Below are positions 32,133-43,804 of a DNA stretch of 64,000 bases, piece by piece. Source of the DNA: Vicinamibacterales bacterium. GTDB lineage: Bacteria; Acidobacteriota; Vicinamibacteria; Vicinamibacterales; SCN-69-37. The DNA lies in assembly GCA_035512575.1 (NCBI GenBank), contig DATKDT010000152.1:965-64964 (forward strand), in the 5' to 3' direction. A model generated the notes under the pieces. The model saw only the letters and a list, made by a program, of their open reading frames with translations. It searched no databases and was not told the DNA's origin. The translations under genes were made by a program, and so were the position numbers. Numbering within the stretch: the first letter of the stretch is position 1; every line of letters begins with the position of its first letter.

Positions 32133-33551
32133 ATGGCCGATCCCTGGCATCTTCTGCTCGTCGACGATGAGAAAGCCTTTCGCGAGGCGATTGCGGAGCA
32201 GCTGGCCGATCGGGGCTTCGTCGTGACGCAGGCGGCCGACGGCACGAGCGCCCTCGACCGCCTCTCCGAGTTTGCCTACGACATCGTCGTCACCGATCTG
32301 CGGCTGCCCGGCGCCGACGGGCGGAAGGTGCTGCAGGAGGCGCGGGCGCGCTACCCCGACATCATCGCGATCGTCATCACGGGCTACGGCACGGTGAAGG
32401 ACGCGGTCGAGCTGATCAAGCAGGGTGCGAGCGACTTCATCACGAAGCCGTTTCAGTTCGACGGGCTGCTGCACGTGATCGAGGCGGCGCTCGAGCAGCG
32501 TCGCCTGCGCGCCGAGAACGACTACCTGCGATCGCAGCTCGACGACCGGTACCGGATCGACGGCATCGTCGGCAAGAGCGACGCGATGCACGGGCTGTTT
32601 CAGCTGCTCCACACGGTGGCCGACTCGCCCGCGACGGTGCTGATCACGGGCGAGACGGGCACGGGCAAGGAGCTGGCCGCGCGCGCGATCCATCACGCGA
32701 GCTCGCGGCGCGCGCAGCGCTTCGTCGCGCTCAATTGCAGCGCCATCCCTGAAACGCTGCTCGAGGCCGAGCTGTTCGGGCACGTGCGGGGCGCGTTCAC
32801 GGGCGCGGTGGCCAACCGCCAGGGCAAGCTCGAAGCGGCGCATCGGGGCACGCTGTTCCTCGACGAGGTGGGGACGATGAGCGCGGCGCTGCAGGCGAAG
32901 CTGCTGCGCGTGCTGCAGGAGCGCGAGTTCGAGCGCGTGGGCGACTCGCAGACGGTCAAGGTGGACGTGCGCGTCATCGCGGCCACGCATGCCGATCTCC
33001 AGAAGATGGTGACGGAAGGGCAGTTCCGCGAGGATCTGTTCTATCGCCTGAACGTCGTACCGGTGCGGATGCCGCCGCTGCGCGAGCGGCGCGACGACAT
33101 TCCGCTGCTGGTGCAGCACTTCCTGGTGAAGCTCGCGCGCGACGCGGCAGGACGCAAGGACAGGAACGGTTCGGCCGCCGGCCCGTCAACGGCCTCGCAA
33201 GACGCCATGCGCCAGTTGATGACGTATGACTGGCCCGGCAACGTGCGGCAGCTCGAGAATGTGATCGAGCGCCTGTTCACGCTGCTGCCGAAGCGCGCGC
33301 AGATCGAGGTCGCCGATCTGCCCGACGACATCCGCGGGGCGTCGCCGGGCGCGGCATCGGCGGTGCATGAGGACGCCATGCCCGACCACGGCGTCGATCT
33401 GGATGGCTATCTCTCGAACGTGGAGCTGATGCTGATCAGGAAAGCGCTGGATCGCACGAGTGGCAACAAGCGGCGCGCGGCGGACCTGCTGCAGATCAAG
33501 CGGACGACGCTGATCGAAAAACTGAAACGGCTCGAGCGACTGGGAAACTGA
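32133..33551 (+). CDS. Sigma-54-dependent Fis-family response regulator (NtrC class)
   Basis: REC (LLLVDDE...VVTDLRLPG...TKPF), AAA+ (GETGTGKE, GAFTGA, ESELFGH-like ELFGHVRGAFTG, RVIAAT) and a C-terminal Fis HTH (NKRRAADLLQIKRTTL). Confidence 0.9.
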   Translation: MADPWHLLLVDDEKAFREAIAEQLADRGFVVTQAADGTSALDRLSEFAYDIVVTDLRLPGADGRKVLQEARARYPDIIAIVITGYGTVKDAVELIKQGASDFITKPFQFDGLLHVIEAALEQRRLRAENDYLRSQLDDRYRIDGIVGKSDAMHGLFQLLHTVADSPATVLITGETGTGKELAARAIHHASSRRAQRFVALNCSAIPETLLEAELFGHVRGAFTGAVANRQGKLEAAHRGTLFLDEVGTMSAALQAKLLRVLQEREFERVGDSQTVKVDVRVIAATHADLQKMVTEGQFREDLFYRLNVVPVRMPPLRERRDDIPLLVQHFLVKLARDAAGRKDRNGSAAGPSTASQDAMRQLMTYDWPGNVRQLENVIERLFTLLPKRAQIEVADLPDDIRGASPGAASAVHEDAMPDHGVDLDGYLSNVELMLIRKALDRTSGNKRRAADLLQIKRTTLIEKLKRLERLGN

Positions 33552-33557
33552 GGGCGC

Positions 33558-34556
33558 ATGTCACGGGCGGCGTATTGGACGATCGTTGCGGGAGGGCAGC
33601 CGACGGCCTTTCGCGGGCGCGACAGGGAAGATCTGCTGCCGACGCTGAAACAGCTGCAGAGCAAGCAGCCGGATGCCGCGATCGTGTGGTTCGAGCGCGG
33701 CAAGGTGTTTCCGACGCGCGAGGCGGCGCTGGAGGACCGGCGGGGTCCGCGCGAGCGGAGGCCGCGCGACTGGCGGCCCGGCGGCGATCACAAGGATCCG
33801 CGCGCGAAGTACGACGTGCCGCGCGACCAGAAACGGGCGCGCTTCAGGCAGCTGGCGCAGAAGCGGCGCATGCGCGACGAGGAGCCGGGCGATCGCGGCG
33901 GCTTCGATCCCTTTGCCGAACGGCCGCGGAAGCCGTTCGGCGAGCGGCCGCCACGCGAGAATCCGCCACGCGAGAATCGGCCGCCACGCGAGAATCGTCC
34001 GCCGCGCGAGAATCGTCCGCCGTTCGGCGATCGACGGCCCGCGGGCGGGGGAGAGCGCAGTCCGTTCGGCGACCGGCGACCGGCGGGAGGCGACCGGCGT
34101 CCCGCAGGCGGTGGCCGCGGGAGGTGGCAGGACAGGGAAGGCGGCGATCGCCGCCCGGCCGGCGGCGCGCGCAAGCCTGGCGGGTGGGGAAGCGGCCGTC
34201 CGCAAGGCGCGGGGCGCGGGCCTGGAACCGGACGCCCGCCTGGCGGGCCGGGACGGCCGCCCGGAGGCCCGGGAGTGGGGCGCGGACCTGGAATGGGCCG
34301 TCCGCCCGGAGGCCGTCCGCCCGGAGGCCGTCCGCCTGGAGGCCTGGGGCGATCACCTGCCGGTGGACGCGGGCCGGGGTCGAGCCGGCCCGGCGGCCCC
34401 GGACGGCCGGGGGGAGGCGGCAGGCCGCCTGGCGGCAGGGGACCCGGAGGACCCGCAGGACGTGGGCCCGGCGGGCGTGGACCAGGCGGACGCGCGCCGG
34501 GTGGCCGCGGGCCCGGTGGCCGCGGCCCAGGAGGCCGCGGGGGCGGCCGCGGGTGA
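33558..34556 (+). CDS. Arg/Gly/Pro-repeat low-complexity protein with a ~100-aa ordered N-terminal region (hypothetical)
   Basis: N-terminus MSRAAYWTIVAGGQPTAFRGRDREDLLPTLKQLQSKQPDAAIVWFERGKVF has ordinary composition and G/C-rich third positions. It is followed by PRENRP x4, FGDRRPAGG x2, GRPPGG and GPGGR arrays. It starts 7 nt after the regulator's stop, and its TGA overlaps the GTG of the next gene. Confidence 0.6.
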   Translation: MSRAAYWTIVAGGQPTAFRGRDREDLLPTLKQLQSKQPDAAIVWFERGKVFPTREAALEDRRGPRERRPRDWRPGGDHKDPRAKYDVPRDQKRARFRQLAQKRRMRDEEPGDRGGFDPFAERPRKPFGERPPRENPPRENRPPRENRPPRENRPPFGDRRPAGGGERSPFGDRRPAGGDRRPAGGGRGRWQDREGGDRRPAGGARKPGGWGSGRPQGAGRGPGTGRPPGGPGRPPGGPGVGRGPGMGRPPGGRPPGGRPPGGLGRSPAGGRGPGSSRPGGPGRPGGGGRPPGGRGPGGPAGRGPGGRGPGGRAPGGRGPGGRGPGGRGGGRG

Positions 34557-34903
34557 TCGCGCACGTCATCCTGTTTCGTCCCAAAGCCGATCTCGACGAT
34601 GCCGGCCGGGCGCGCCTGTTCGACGCCATGCGCGCGGCGCACCGCGCGATTCCGCGGATCGCGCGGTTCGTCGTCGGGCAGCGCGTGAAGAACGGCCGGC
34701 CCTACGAAGCGCTCGCGCGCGACTTTCCTTTCTTTGCGCTGCTGGAATTCGAGACGCAGGCCGACTTCGACGCGTATGTATCGCACCCCGCGCACGAGGA
34801 GCTCGGGGCGCAGTTCTATCTGGCGAGCGAGGCGGCGGAGGCCTACGACTTCGAGACGGGCGACATGCCCGGCGCGCTCGACGGTCTCAGGCAGGAACGG
34901 TAA
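34553..34903 (+). CDS. Dabb (stress-responsive alpha/beta-barrel) domain protein
   Basis: VIAHVILFRPKADL...FALLEFETQADFDAYVSHPAHEEL. GTG overlaps the upstream TGA (GTGA). It is in frame with ORF 33575..34903, whose upstream part is a low-complexity shadow. Confidence 0.75.
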   Translation: MIAHVILFRPKADLDDAGRARLFDAMRAAHRAIPRIARFVVGQRVKNGRPYEALARDFPFFALLEFETQADFDAYVSHPAHEELGAQFYLASEAAEAYDFETGDMPGALDGLRQER

Positions 34904-35933
34904 CGCCGAAGAAGCGGACGATGATGTCGCGCAGATGGTCGATCGACTCGGCGGAGTTGATGGCGACGCGCAGCTGCGACCCGCCTTCGATCCCCTTCGT
35001 GTACCACGAGTTCAGCGCGCGCAGCTTGTTGATCACCCACTTGCGGCGTCCACGCGGCGTCTGATCGTCCGGCGCGATCGGCGCCTGGCCCGGAGCGCTA
35101 TGGCGGAAGCCGTCGCGCTCGCCGACGCGCTCGGCCAGCAGCAGATCGATGTACTCGAGCAGGAACAGGCCGCGCTCTTCCATCGTGATCTCGCGAGGCG
35201 CGCGTCCCGCCGCAAGCGCGTGCGCCTGCTCGAAGATCCACGGATTGCGCAGCGCGCCGCGGCCCACCAGCACGCCAGAGACGCGGGTGCTGCGCAGGCG
35301 GTCCACCATCTGCGACGCCTCGACGCAGTCGCCGCTGCCGAACACCGGAATGTCGAGCGACCCGGCGATCCGGTCGATGAGATCCCAGTCCGACACGCCC
35401 GAATAGGACTGCGCGGCGGTCCGGCCGTGGACGGCCACACCCGCCGCGCCGGCGTCCTCGGCCATGCGGGCCAGCACGGGCGCGTTGATCTCGGCGTCGT
35501 TCCACCCGGCGCGCATCTTCACGGTCACCGGAATCTTCACGGCGTCGACCATTGCCCTGATCACCGCTGCGGCATGCTCCGGCTCGCGCATCAGGCTGCA
35601 GCCCGCGTTGTGCTTCGCGATCTTCGGGACGGGGCAGCCCATGTTGATGTCGACCGCGTCGGCGCCCATGCCCTCGACGATTCGCGCGGCGTCGGCCATC
35701 TTCGCCGGGTCGCCGCCGAAGATCTGAATCGACACCGGCCGCTCCTCTTCCGTGTACTCGGCGAACTCCAGCGTGCGATCGATCCCGCGCACGAGCCCCT
35801 CGGAGCTGACCATCTCGGTGACGACCAGCCCGCACCCGCCGCGGCGCTTGACGAGCCGCCGGAACGCGGTATCGGTCATGCCCGCCATCGGAGCCATTGC
35901 GAACGGTGACTGAAGCGGAAGGTGCTTGGCCAA
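34887..35933 (-). CDS. dus: tRNA-dihydrouridine synthase (Dus family)
   Basis: APMAGMTDTAFR, DINMGCP and VTVKMR motifs. TTG start at 35933; alternative ATG 12 codons downstream. Confidence 0.85.
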   Translation of the reverse strand: MAKHLPLQSPFAMAPMAGMTDTAFRRLVKRRGGCGLVVTEMVSSEGLVRGIDRTLEFAEYTEEERPVSIQIFGGDPAKMADAARIVEGMGADAVDINMGCPVPKIAKHNAGCSLMREPEHAAAVIRAMVDAVKIPVTVKMRAGWNDAEINAPVLARMAEDAGAAGVAVHGRTAAQSYSGVSDWDLIDRIAGSLDIPVFGSGDCVEASQMVDRLRSTRVSGVLVGRGALRNPWIFEQAHALAAGRAPREITMEERGLFLLEYIDLLLAERVGERDGFRHSAPGQAPIAPDDQTPRGRRKWVINKLRALNSWYTKGIEGGSQLRVAINSAESIDHLRDIIVRFFGVTVPA

Positions 35934-35936
35934 AAG

Positions 35937-35972
35937 ATTCTGTATTCTGCGTTCTGTGTTCTGCGTTCTGTC
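35937..35972. repeat. GTTCTGY heptamer tandem repeat between the NusG-paralog stop and the dus start
   Basis: GATTCTGTATTCTGCGTTCTGTGTTCTGCGTTCTGTC. Confidence 0.8.
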
Positions 35973-36468
35973 AGTACGCCCGGACGTCGGCCGCGTCCAC
36001 TTCGACCGATACGCCCTGGCCGATCAACTCGACCGACAGCACGAGCCGCGCGTGCGATCCCTTTCGCACGAGGCGGCCGACGACGCCCTTGAGCGGGCCG
36101 TGGGTGACTTCAACCATGTCTCCCTCGTGAATGAGCGGACAGGGATCGTAGGCCAGCTCGCTTTCGACCAGCGTCCGGATGCCGGCGATCTCGGAGTCGG
36201 GAATCGGCGCCGGCTCGCCGTCGAACGACACGATGTTGACCACGCCGGTGCACTTGAGCACCGGCAGGCGATCCACCGCCGGGAACTTCGCGAAGCAATA
36301 GCCGGGAAACAGCGGCCACTCGATCTGCTTCTTGCGGTCTTTCCACCGGCTCCACTTGAGGATCGTCGGCAGAAACGTCTCGAGCCCCTTGCGCTCGAGC
36401 TGCTCGCGGACGACCTGCTCGTGGCGCGAGCGCGTCCAGATGGCAAACCAGGGAGCGTCGACGGGCAT
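35971..36468 (-). CDS. NusG-like transcription antitermination paralog (RfaH/UpxY-type: NGN plus KOW)
   Basis: ATG 36468 overlaps the upstream TGA. NGN segment WFAIWTRSRHEQVVREQLERKGLETFLP and KOW segment GDMVEVTHGPLKGVVGRLV. Confidence 0.75.
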   Translation of the reverse strand: MPVDAPWFAIWTRSRHEQVVREQLERKGLETFLPTILKWSRWKDRKKQIEWPLFPGYCFAKFPAVDRLPVLKCTGVVNIVSFDGEPAPIPDSEIAGIRTLVESELAYDPCPLIHEGDMVEVTHGPLKGVVGRLVRKGSHARLVLSVELIGQGVSVEVDAADVRAY

Positions 36469-37550
36469 CAGTTCAGTCCGTTGACCGCTCCGCCACGCGC
36501 GAGAAACTGCTCGTACAGTTTCTTCAGCTCGTCGTTCTTCCATTCGATGATGGCCTGCGCGCGCAGCCGATCCAGCAGCTGCCGCTGCTCGACCAGTTGC
36601 TTCTGCTCGACCACCTTGTCGGCGATGAGATCGCGCACTTCTTCGTACGGCGCCGGCACGGCCGCGCTCGCCGATTCCAGCTTCACCACCTGATAGCCGC
36701 GCGGCGTGCGAATCGGCTCCGACACCTCGCCCGGCTTCAGCGCCTCGAGCACCGTCTGCAGCGCCGGGGCGAGCTCGTTGCGCAGGACGGGACCGACGAG
36801 ACCGCCGTTGGCCCTGGAACCCGACTCGGACAGTTCGGCGACGAGCGTCTCGAACGATTCCCCCTTCGCGGCGCGCTCGCGCACCGACCGCGCCTTCGCC
36901 GCGGCCGCCTCATCGTCGGCCACGCTGAACGACTCGCCGCCGTCGCGCTGCTGCACCGGAACGGCGATGAAGATCTCGCGGAGCGTGACGGTGGGCGGCG
37001 CGACGAACTCGGCCTGGTGTGTGGCGTAGTACTCCTTCGCCTCCTGCTCGGTGAGCGTGATTTTCTGGCCGATTTCCTGGCGCAGCACCTGCGACCGCAG
37101 CACGCTGCGCTCGAACATGCGGCGGAACTGATCGAGCGTCATGCCCTCGCCGCGCAGCGCCGCGAGGAACTGTTCCTGCGTCTCGATCTTGTTCGCTTTC
37201 TTGATCTCCTCGATCGTGCGCTGGAAGTGCTCGTCGGGTACCGTCAGCCGCAGCTCGCGGGCGCGCTGCACGAGCAGCATCTCGTCGATCGCCGTGGCCA
37301 GGATCGCCGGGGTGACCTCGCGCAGCATCTGCTGCAGCTCCGCGTCGTTCTTCAGGCGCTCGGGATCGAGCGCCCGCTCCTGGTCGCGGAGCGCCTGAAT
37401 CTGGCGCGATTCGAGGTCGCTTTTCGTGAGGATCTCGCCGTTCACCTTCACCAGGATCTGCTCGATGATTTCCTGGCCCCGGAGCTCGCCGGCCGGCATG
37501 CCGGCGATGAGAAAGGCGGCCGCCAGGCTTCCCGCAATACGTCGTGTCAT
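36468..37550 (-). CDS. SurA-like periplasmic chaperone / parvulin-type peptidyl-prolyl isomerase
   Basis: Signal peptide, SurA N-terminal-like helical region and a PPIC rotamase segment (..GGLVGPV....L.P.....L..LKPGEVSEPIRTPRGYQVVK). Confidence 0.8.
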   Translation of the reverse strand: MTRRIAGSLAAAFLIAGMPAGELRGQEIIEQILVKVNGEILTKSDLESRQIQALRDQERALDPERLKNDAELQQMLREVTPAILATAIDEMLLVQRARELRLTVPDEHFQRTIEEIKKANKIETQEQFLAALRGEGMTLDQFRRMFERSVLRSQVLRQEIGQKITLTEQEAKEYYATHQAEFVAPPTVTLREIFIAVPVQQRDGGESFSVADDEAAAAKARSVRERAAKGESFETLVAELSESGSRANGGLVGPVLRNELAPALQTVLEALKPGEVSEPIRTPRGYQVVKLESASAAVPAPYEEVRDLIADKVVEQKQLVEQRQLLDRLRAQAIIEWKNDELKKLYEQFLARGGAVNGLN

Positions 37551-37577
37551 GGCTGTAACTTTCTGTGTATCAGTATC

Positions 37578-41162
<3,585 letters not shown>

Positions 41163-41606
41163 TCCGAACTGTCGATCCTAGCGTACGGATACAGCCGGGC
41201 TTCCCGGTCATCCGGATCGTTTCCAGGCGGTCAGCTGGCAGGCCTTCGAGAAGGTCGCCTTCCTTTTTGAGCGCGCGCTGTGAGTCGGCGACCGTGGCGA
41301 TCCACCAGGCGACGGGTATGAGCACCAGTGCGCGGACGACCGCGCTGATGACGATTTCGTAGAGACCCTCCGGCGCGCCCGATGCCGCCACGGTGGCGAC
41401 GTGCGCGAACGGCAGCAGACTGAGCGGCAGCCCCCACCGGACGCCGCCGTACCAGGCGCCGTACATGACGGGCACGACGGACAGGCCCGGAAACTCCACG
41501 CGCGGCCCGACGGCGTAGTCGAGCGTGACGACAAAGGTCGCAATCCCGAGGCTGTAGTAAGGCGGCAGTCGGTCTGGAACGGTGAGCCGCCGCCGCGACG
41601 TCTCCA

Positions 41607-43007
41607 TCAGCTCGACGGCGGTTCGTCACCGGAGGCGGAGGCTGTCTTCGACAACGATACGGCTCCCGAGAAAGCCCACGCGTGGCGCGGCCGATAGATG
41701 CCCGTGTCGTGCAGCCGGCTCTTCACACGGAAAGTGTAAAGCAGCCGGTGGTAGTCGTACTGATAGCCGTCCTTGCTGTGCGCCGCGACGTCGAGTTTGT
41801 ACGTGCCCGGGACGAGATCCAGGCCCCCGATCACGAACCGTACCTCGCCTTCGCCGAAGAACCGGCCGGACTCGTATTCTTCGAGGCTTGTGTTCGTGCC
41901 GTAGCAGCAGACGCCCTCGACATTGAACAGCCCGATGCCGAAGACGTAGTCGTCGACGGGCTCCTTCGCGAGCACGCGCAGATTGATGCTCATCGGATCG
42001 CCCGACTGGAAGACGTGGGCCGCTTTGCCGTCGGGCCCGAACAGCTCGACGCTGGTGATCTCGACCTCGCGCGAGCCCCAGCGGCCCTCGTCGGCCTGGA
42101 ACATGTTTTCGGGGCCCTCACCCGCCGCCGCTTCGAGCTCCGCGGCCTCCTGGCCCGGAACGTCTCCGTCGCCCTGACCGGCGGCCGCCGCGCCGGCGTC
42201 CTCCAGCCCGGCGACGGCCTGTTTCGCGCGCGCGTCACCCGCGGCCAGCTGCGCCTCCTCGCCGGTGGCGACGGCCGACAGGTACGTGCCGACGACCCGC
42301 TTGGGATCGCCCTCGGCGCGCTTCTCACCCGCGTCGAGCCAGATCGCGTCGTCGCAGAACTTCTCGATCAGGTCGAGCGTGTGCGTGACGAGCAGGATCG
42401 TGCGGCCCTTGCGTTTGAATTCGGAGAACTTGTCGAGGCACTTGTGGGTGAAGCCCTCGTCGCCGACCGCCAGCACCTCGTCGACGAGCAGCACGTCGGG
42501 ATCGACGTGAATCGCGACCGCGAACCCCAGGCGCATGTACTCGCCTGACGAATACGTTTTCACCGGCGCGTCGATGATCTTCTGCATCTCGGCAAACTCG
42601 ATGATCTCGTTGAAGCGATCCTGAACCTCGCGCTTCGTGAGGCCGAGCATGATGCCGTTGATGTAGACGTTCTCGCGGCCGGAGATTTCGGGATGGAATC
42701 CGGCGCCGAGCTCGATGAGGGCCGAAATGCGGCCCTCGACGCGGACGGTGCCCGACGTCGGTTTGGTGATGCCGGCCACGAGCTTCAGCGCGGTGCTCTT
42801 GCCGGAACCGTTGCGGCCCATGACGCCGAACGTCGAGCCTTTCGGCACCGTGAACGACAGGTCCTTGACGGCGGCAAAGGTGTCGGCAGGCGCCAGGTCG
42901 CGCAGGATGCTGCGGTTGAGCAGCGCGCTCTTCAGCGTCGCGAACTGGCGGCCGCCATAGCGGCGGTAGATCTTCGTGACGTTCGCGAGCTCGATCGCGG
43001 GGCGCAT
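41607..43007 (-). CDS. Polysaccharide/O-antigen ABC exporter ATP-binding protein (Wzt/TagH-like) with C-terminal extension domain
   Basis: Walker A GRNGSGKST, signature-like YSSGEYMRL, Walker B LLVDEVLAVGD, plus a ~200-aa C-terminal beta-rich domain as in Wzt. Confidence 0.85.
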   Translation of the reverse strand: MRPAIELANVTKIYRRYGGRQFATLKSALLNRSILRDLAPADTFAAVKDLSFTVPKGSTFGVMGRNGSGKSTALKLVAGITKPTSGTVRVEGRISALIELGAGFHPEISGRENVYINGIMLGLTKREVQDRFNEIIEFAEMQKIIDAPVKTYSSGEYMRLGFAVAIHVDPDVLLVDEVLAVGDEGFTHKCLDKFSEFKRKGRTILLVTHTLDLIEKFCDDAIWLDAGEKRAEGDPKRVVGTYLSAVATGEEAQLAAGDARAKQAVAGLEDAGAAAAGQGDGDVPGQEAAELEAAAGEGPENMFQADEGRWGSREVEITSVELFGPDGKAAHVFQSGDPMSINLRVLAKEPVDDYVFGIGLFNVEGVCCYGTNTSLEEYESGRFFGEGEVRFVIGGLDLVPGTYKLDVAAHSKDGYQYDYHRLLYTFRVKSRLHDTGIYRPRHAWAFSGAVSLSKTASASGDEPPSS

Positions 43008-43009
43008 GT

Positions 43010-43804
43010 CTAGACGACCTCCGCGTACGAGTCACGCAGGCGATCGAAGAGCCAGTAGGCGGCGAGGAACAACAGCACCGACGCGACGCCGAGCGCGAGC
43101 AGCCACTTCCAGTGGCCCACGGGACCGTCGAAGAACAGAATCTCCTGATACGTGATGGCCAGGTGCGTGAAGGGATTGAGGTTCAGGTACTTCATGTACC
43201 CCATGTCCGCCATCATGCGCCACGTGTAAATGATGGGCGTCGCGAAGAACCAGAACGTCAGCAGGTTCGAGAGGATGTCTTTGATGTCGCGGAAATGGAC
43301 GGTCAGCGCCGAAAGGATGAGCGCAAGCGCCAGCGTGAACACCAGCTGCACCAACACCACGACCGGGAACCAGAGCAGCTCGAGGGCGTTGATGGGCTTT
43401 TGATACCAGATCAGAAACGCCGCCAGAATCGGCAGGCCCAGGAAGAAGTGCACCATGTTGGCGAGCACACTCACGATGGGCAGCACTTCGGCCGGGAACA
43501 ACACCTTCTTGATCAGGTTCCCGCCGGCGATGAGCGAGCCCGCGGACTCGCTCAGCGAGGCCGAGAACCAGGTCCACGGCAGAATGCCGACGAACATGAA
43601 CAGGGCATACGGCTGCGCGAGAGGATCGTCGTTACGAATCACGATCCTGAACACGAACGAATAAATCAGAAGCAGCAGCAGCGGGTTGATGAACGACCAC
43701 AGGTACCCGAGCACCGATCCGCGGTAGCGAGCCTTCAGCTCGCGCACCACCAGCGTCTGGATGAGGCCGCGGTAGCGGGGCAGCTGCCGGAGGTTGTGGA
43801 GCAT
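43010..43804 (-). CDS. ABC-2 type polysaccharide exporter permease (Wzm/TagG-like)
   Basis: ATG 43804 overlaps the PP2C TGA. N-terminus LIQTLVVRELKARYRGSVLGYLWSFINP is typical of ABC-2 permeases. Six TM segments. Confidence 0.85.
   Translation of the reverse strand: MLHNLRQLPRYRGLIQTLVVRELKARYRGSVLGYLWSFINPLLLLLIYSFVFRIVIRNDDPLAQPYALFMFVGILPWTWFSASLSESAGSLIAGGNLIKKVLFPAEVLPIVSVLANMVHFFLGLPILAAFLIWYQKPINALELLWFPVVVLVQLVFTLALALILSALTVHFRDIKDILSNLLTFWFFATPIIYTWRMMADMGYMKYLNLNPFTHLAITYQEILFFDGPVGHWKWLLALGVASVLLFLAAYWLFDRLRDSYAEVV

Noticed and set aside
33575-35064. Alternative long ORFs across the Arg/Gly/Pro repeat region: 33575..34903 (+), 33673..35064 (+), 33788..34795 (-), 33844..34629 (-), 33561..34205 (-).
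   Set aside because: All six frames are open because of the GC-rich repeat. Only the 33558 frame has an ordinary N-terminal region, tight spacing to the upstream gene and a GTGA junction to the Dabb gene. Only the last 116 codons of the 33575 frame (the Dabb domain) look real.
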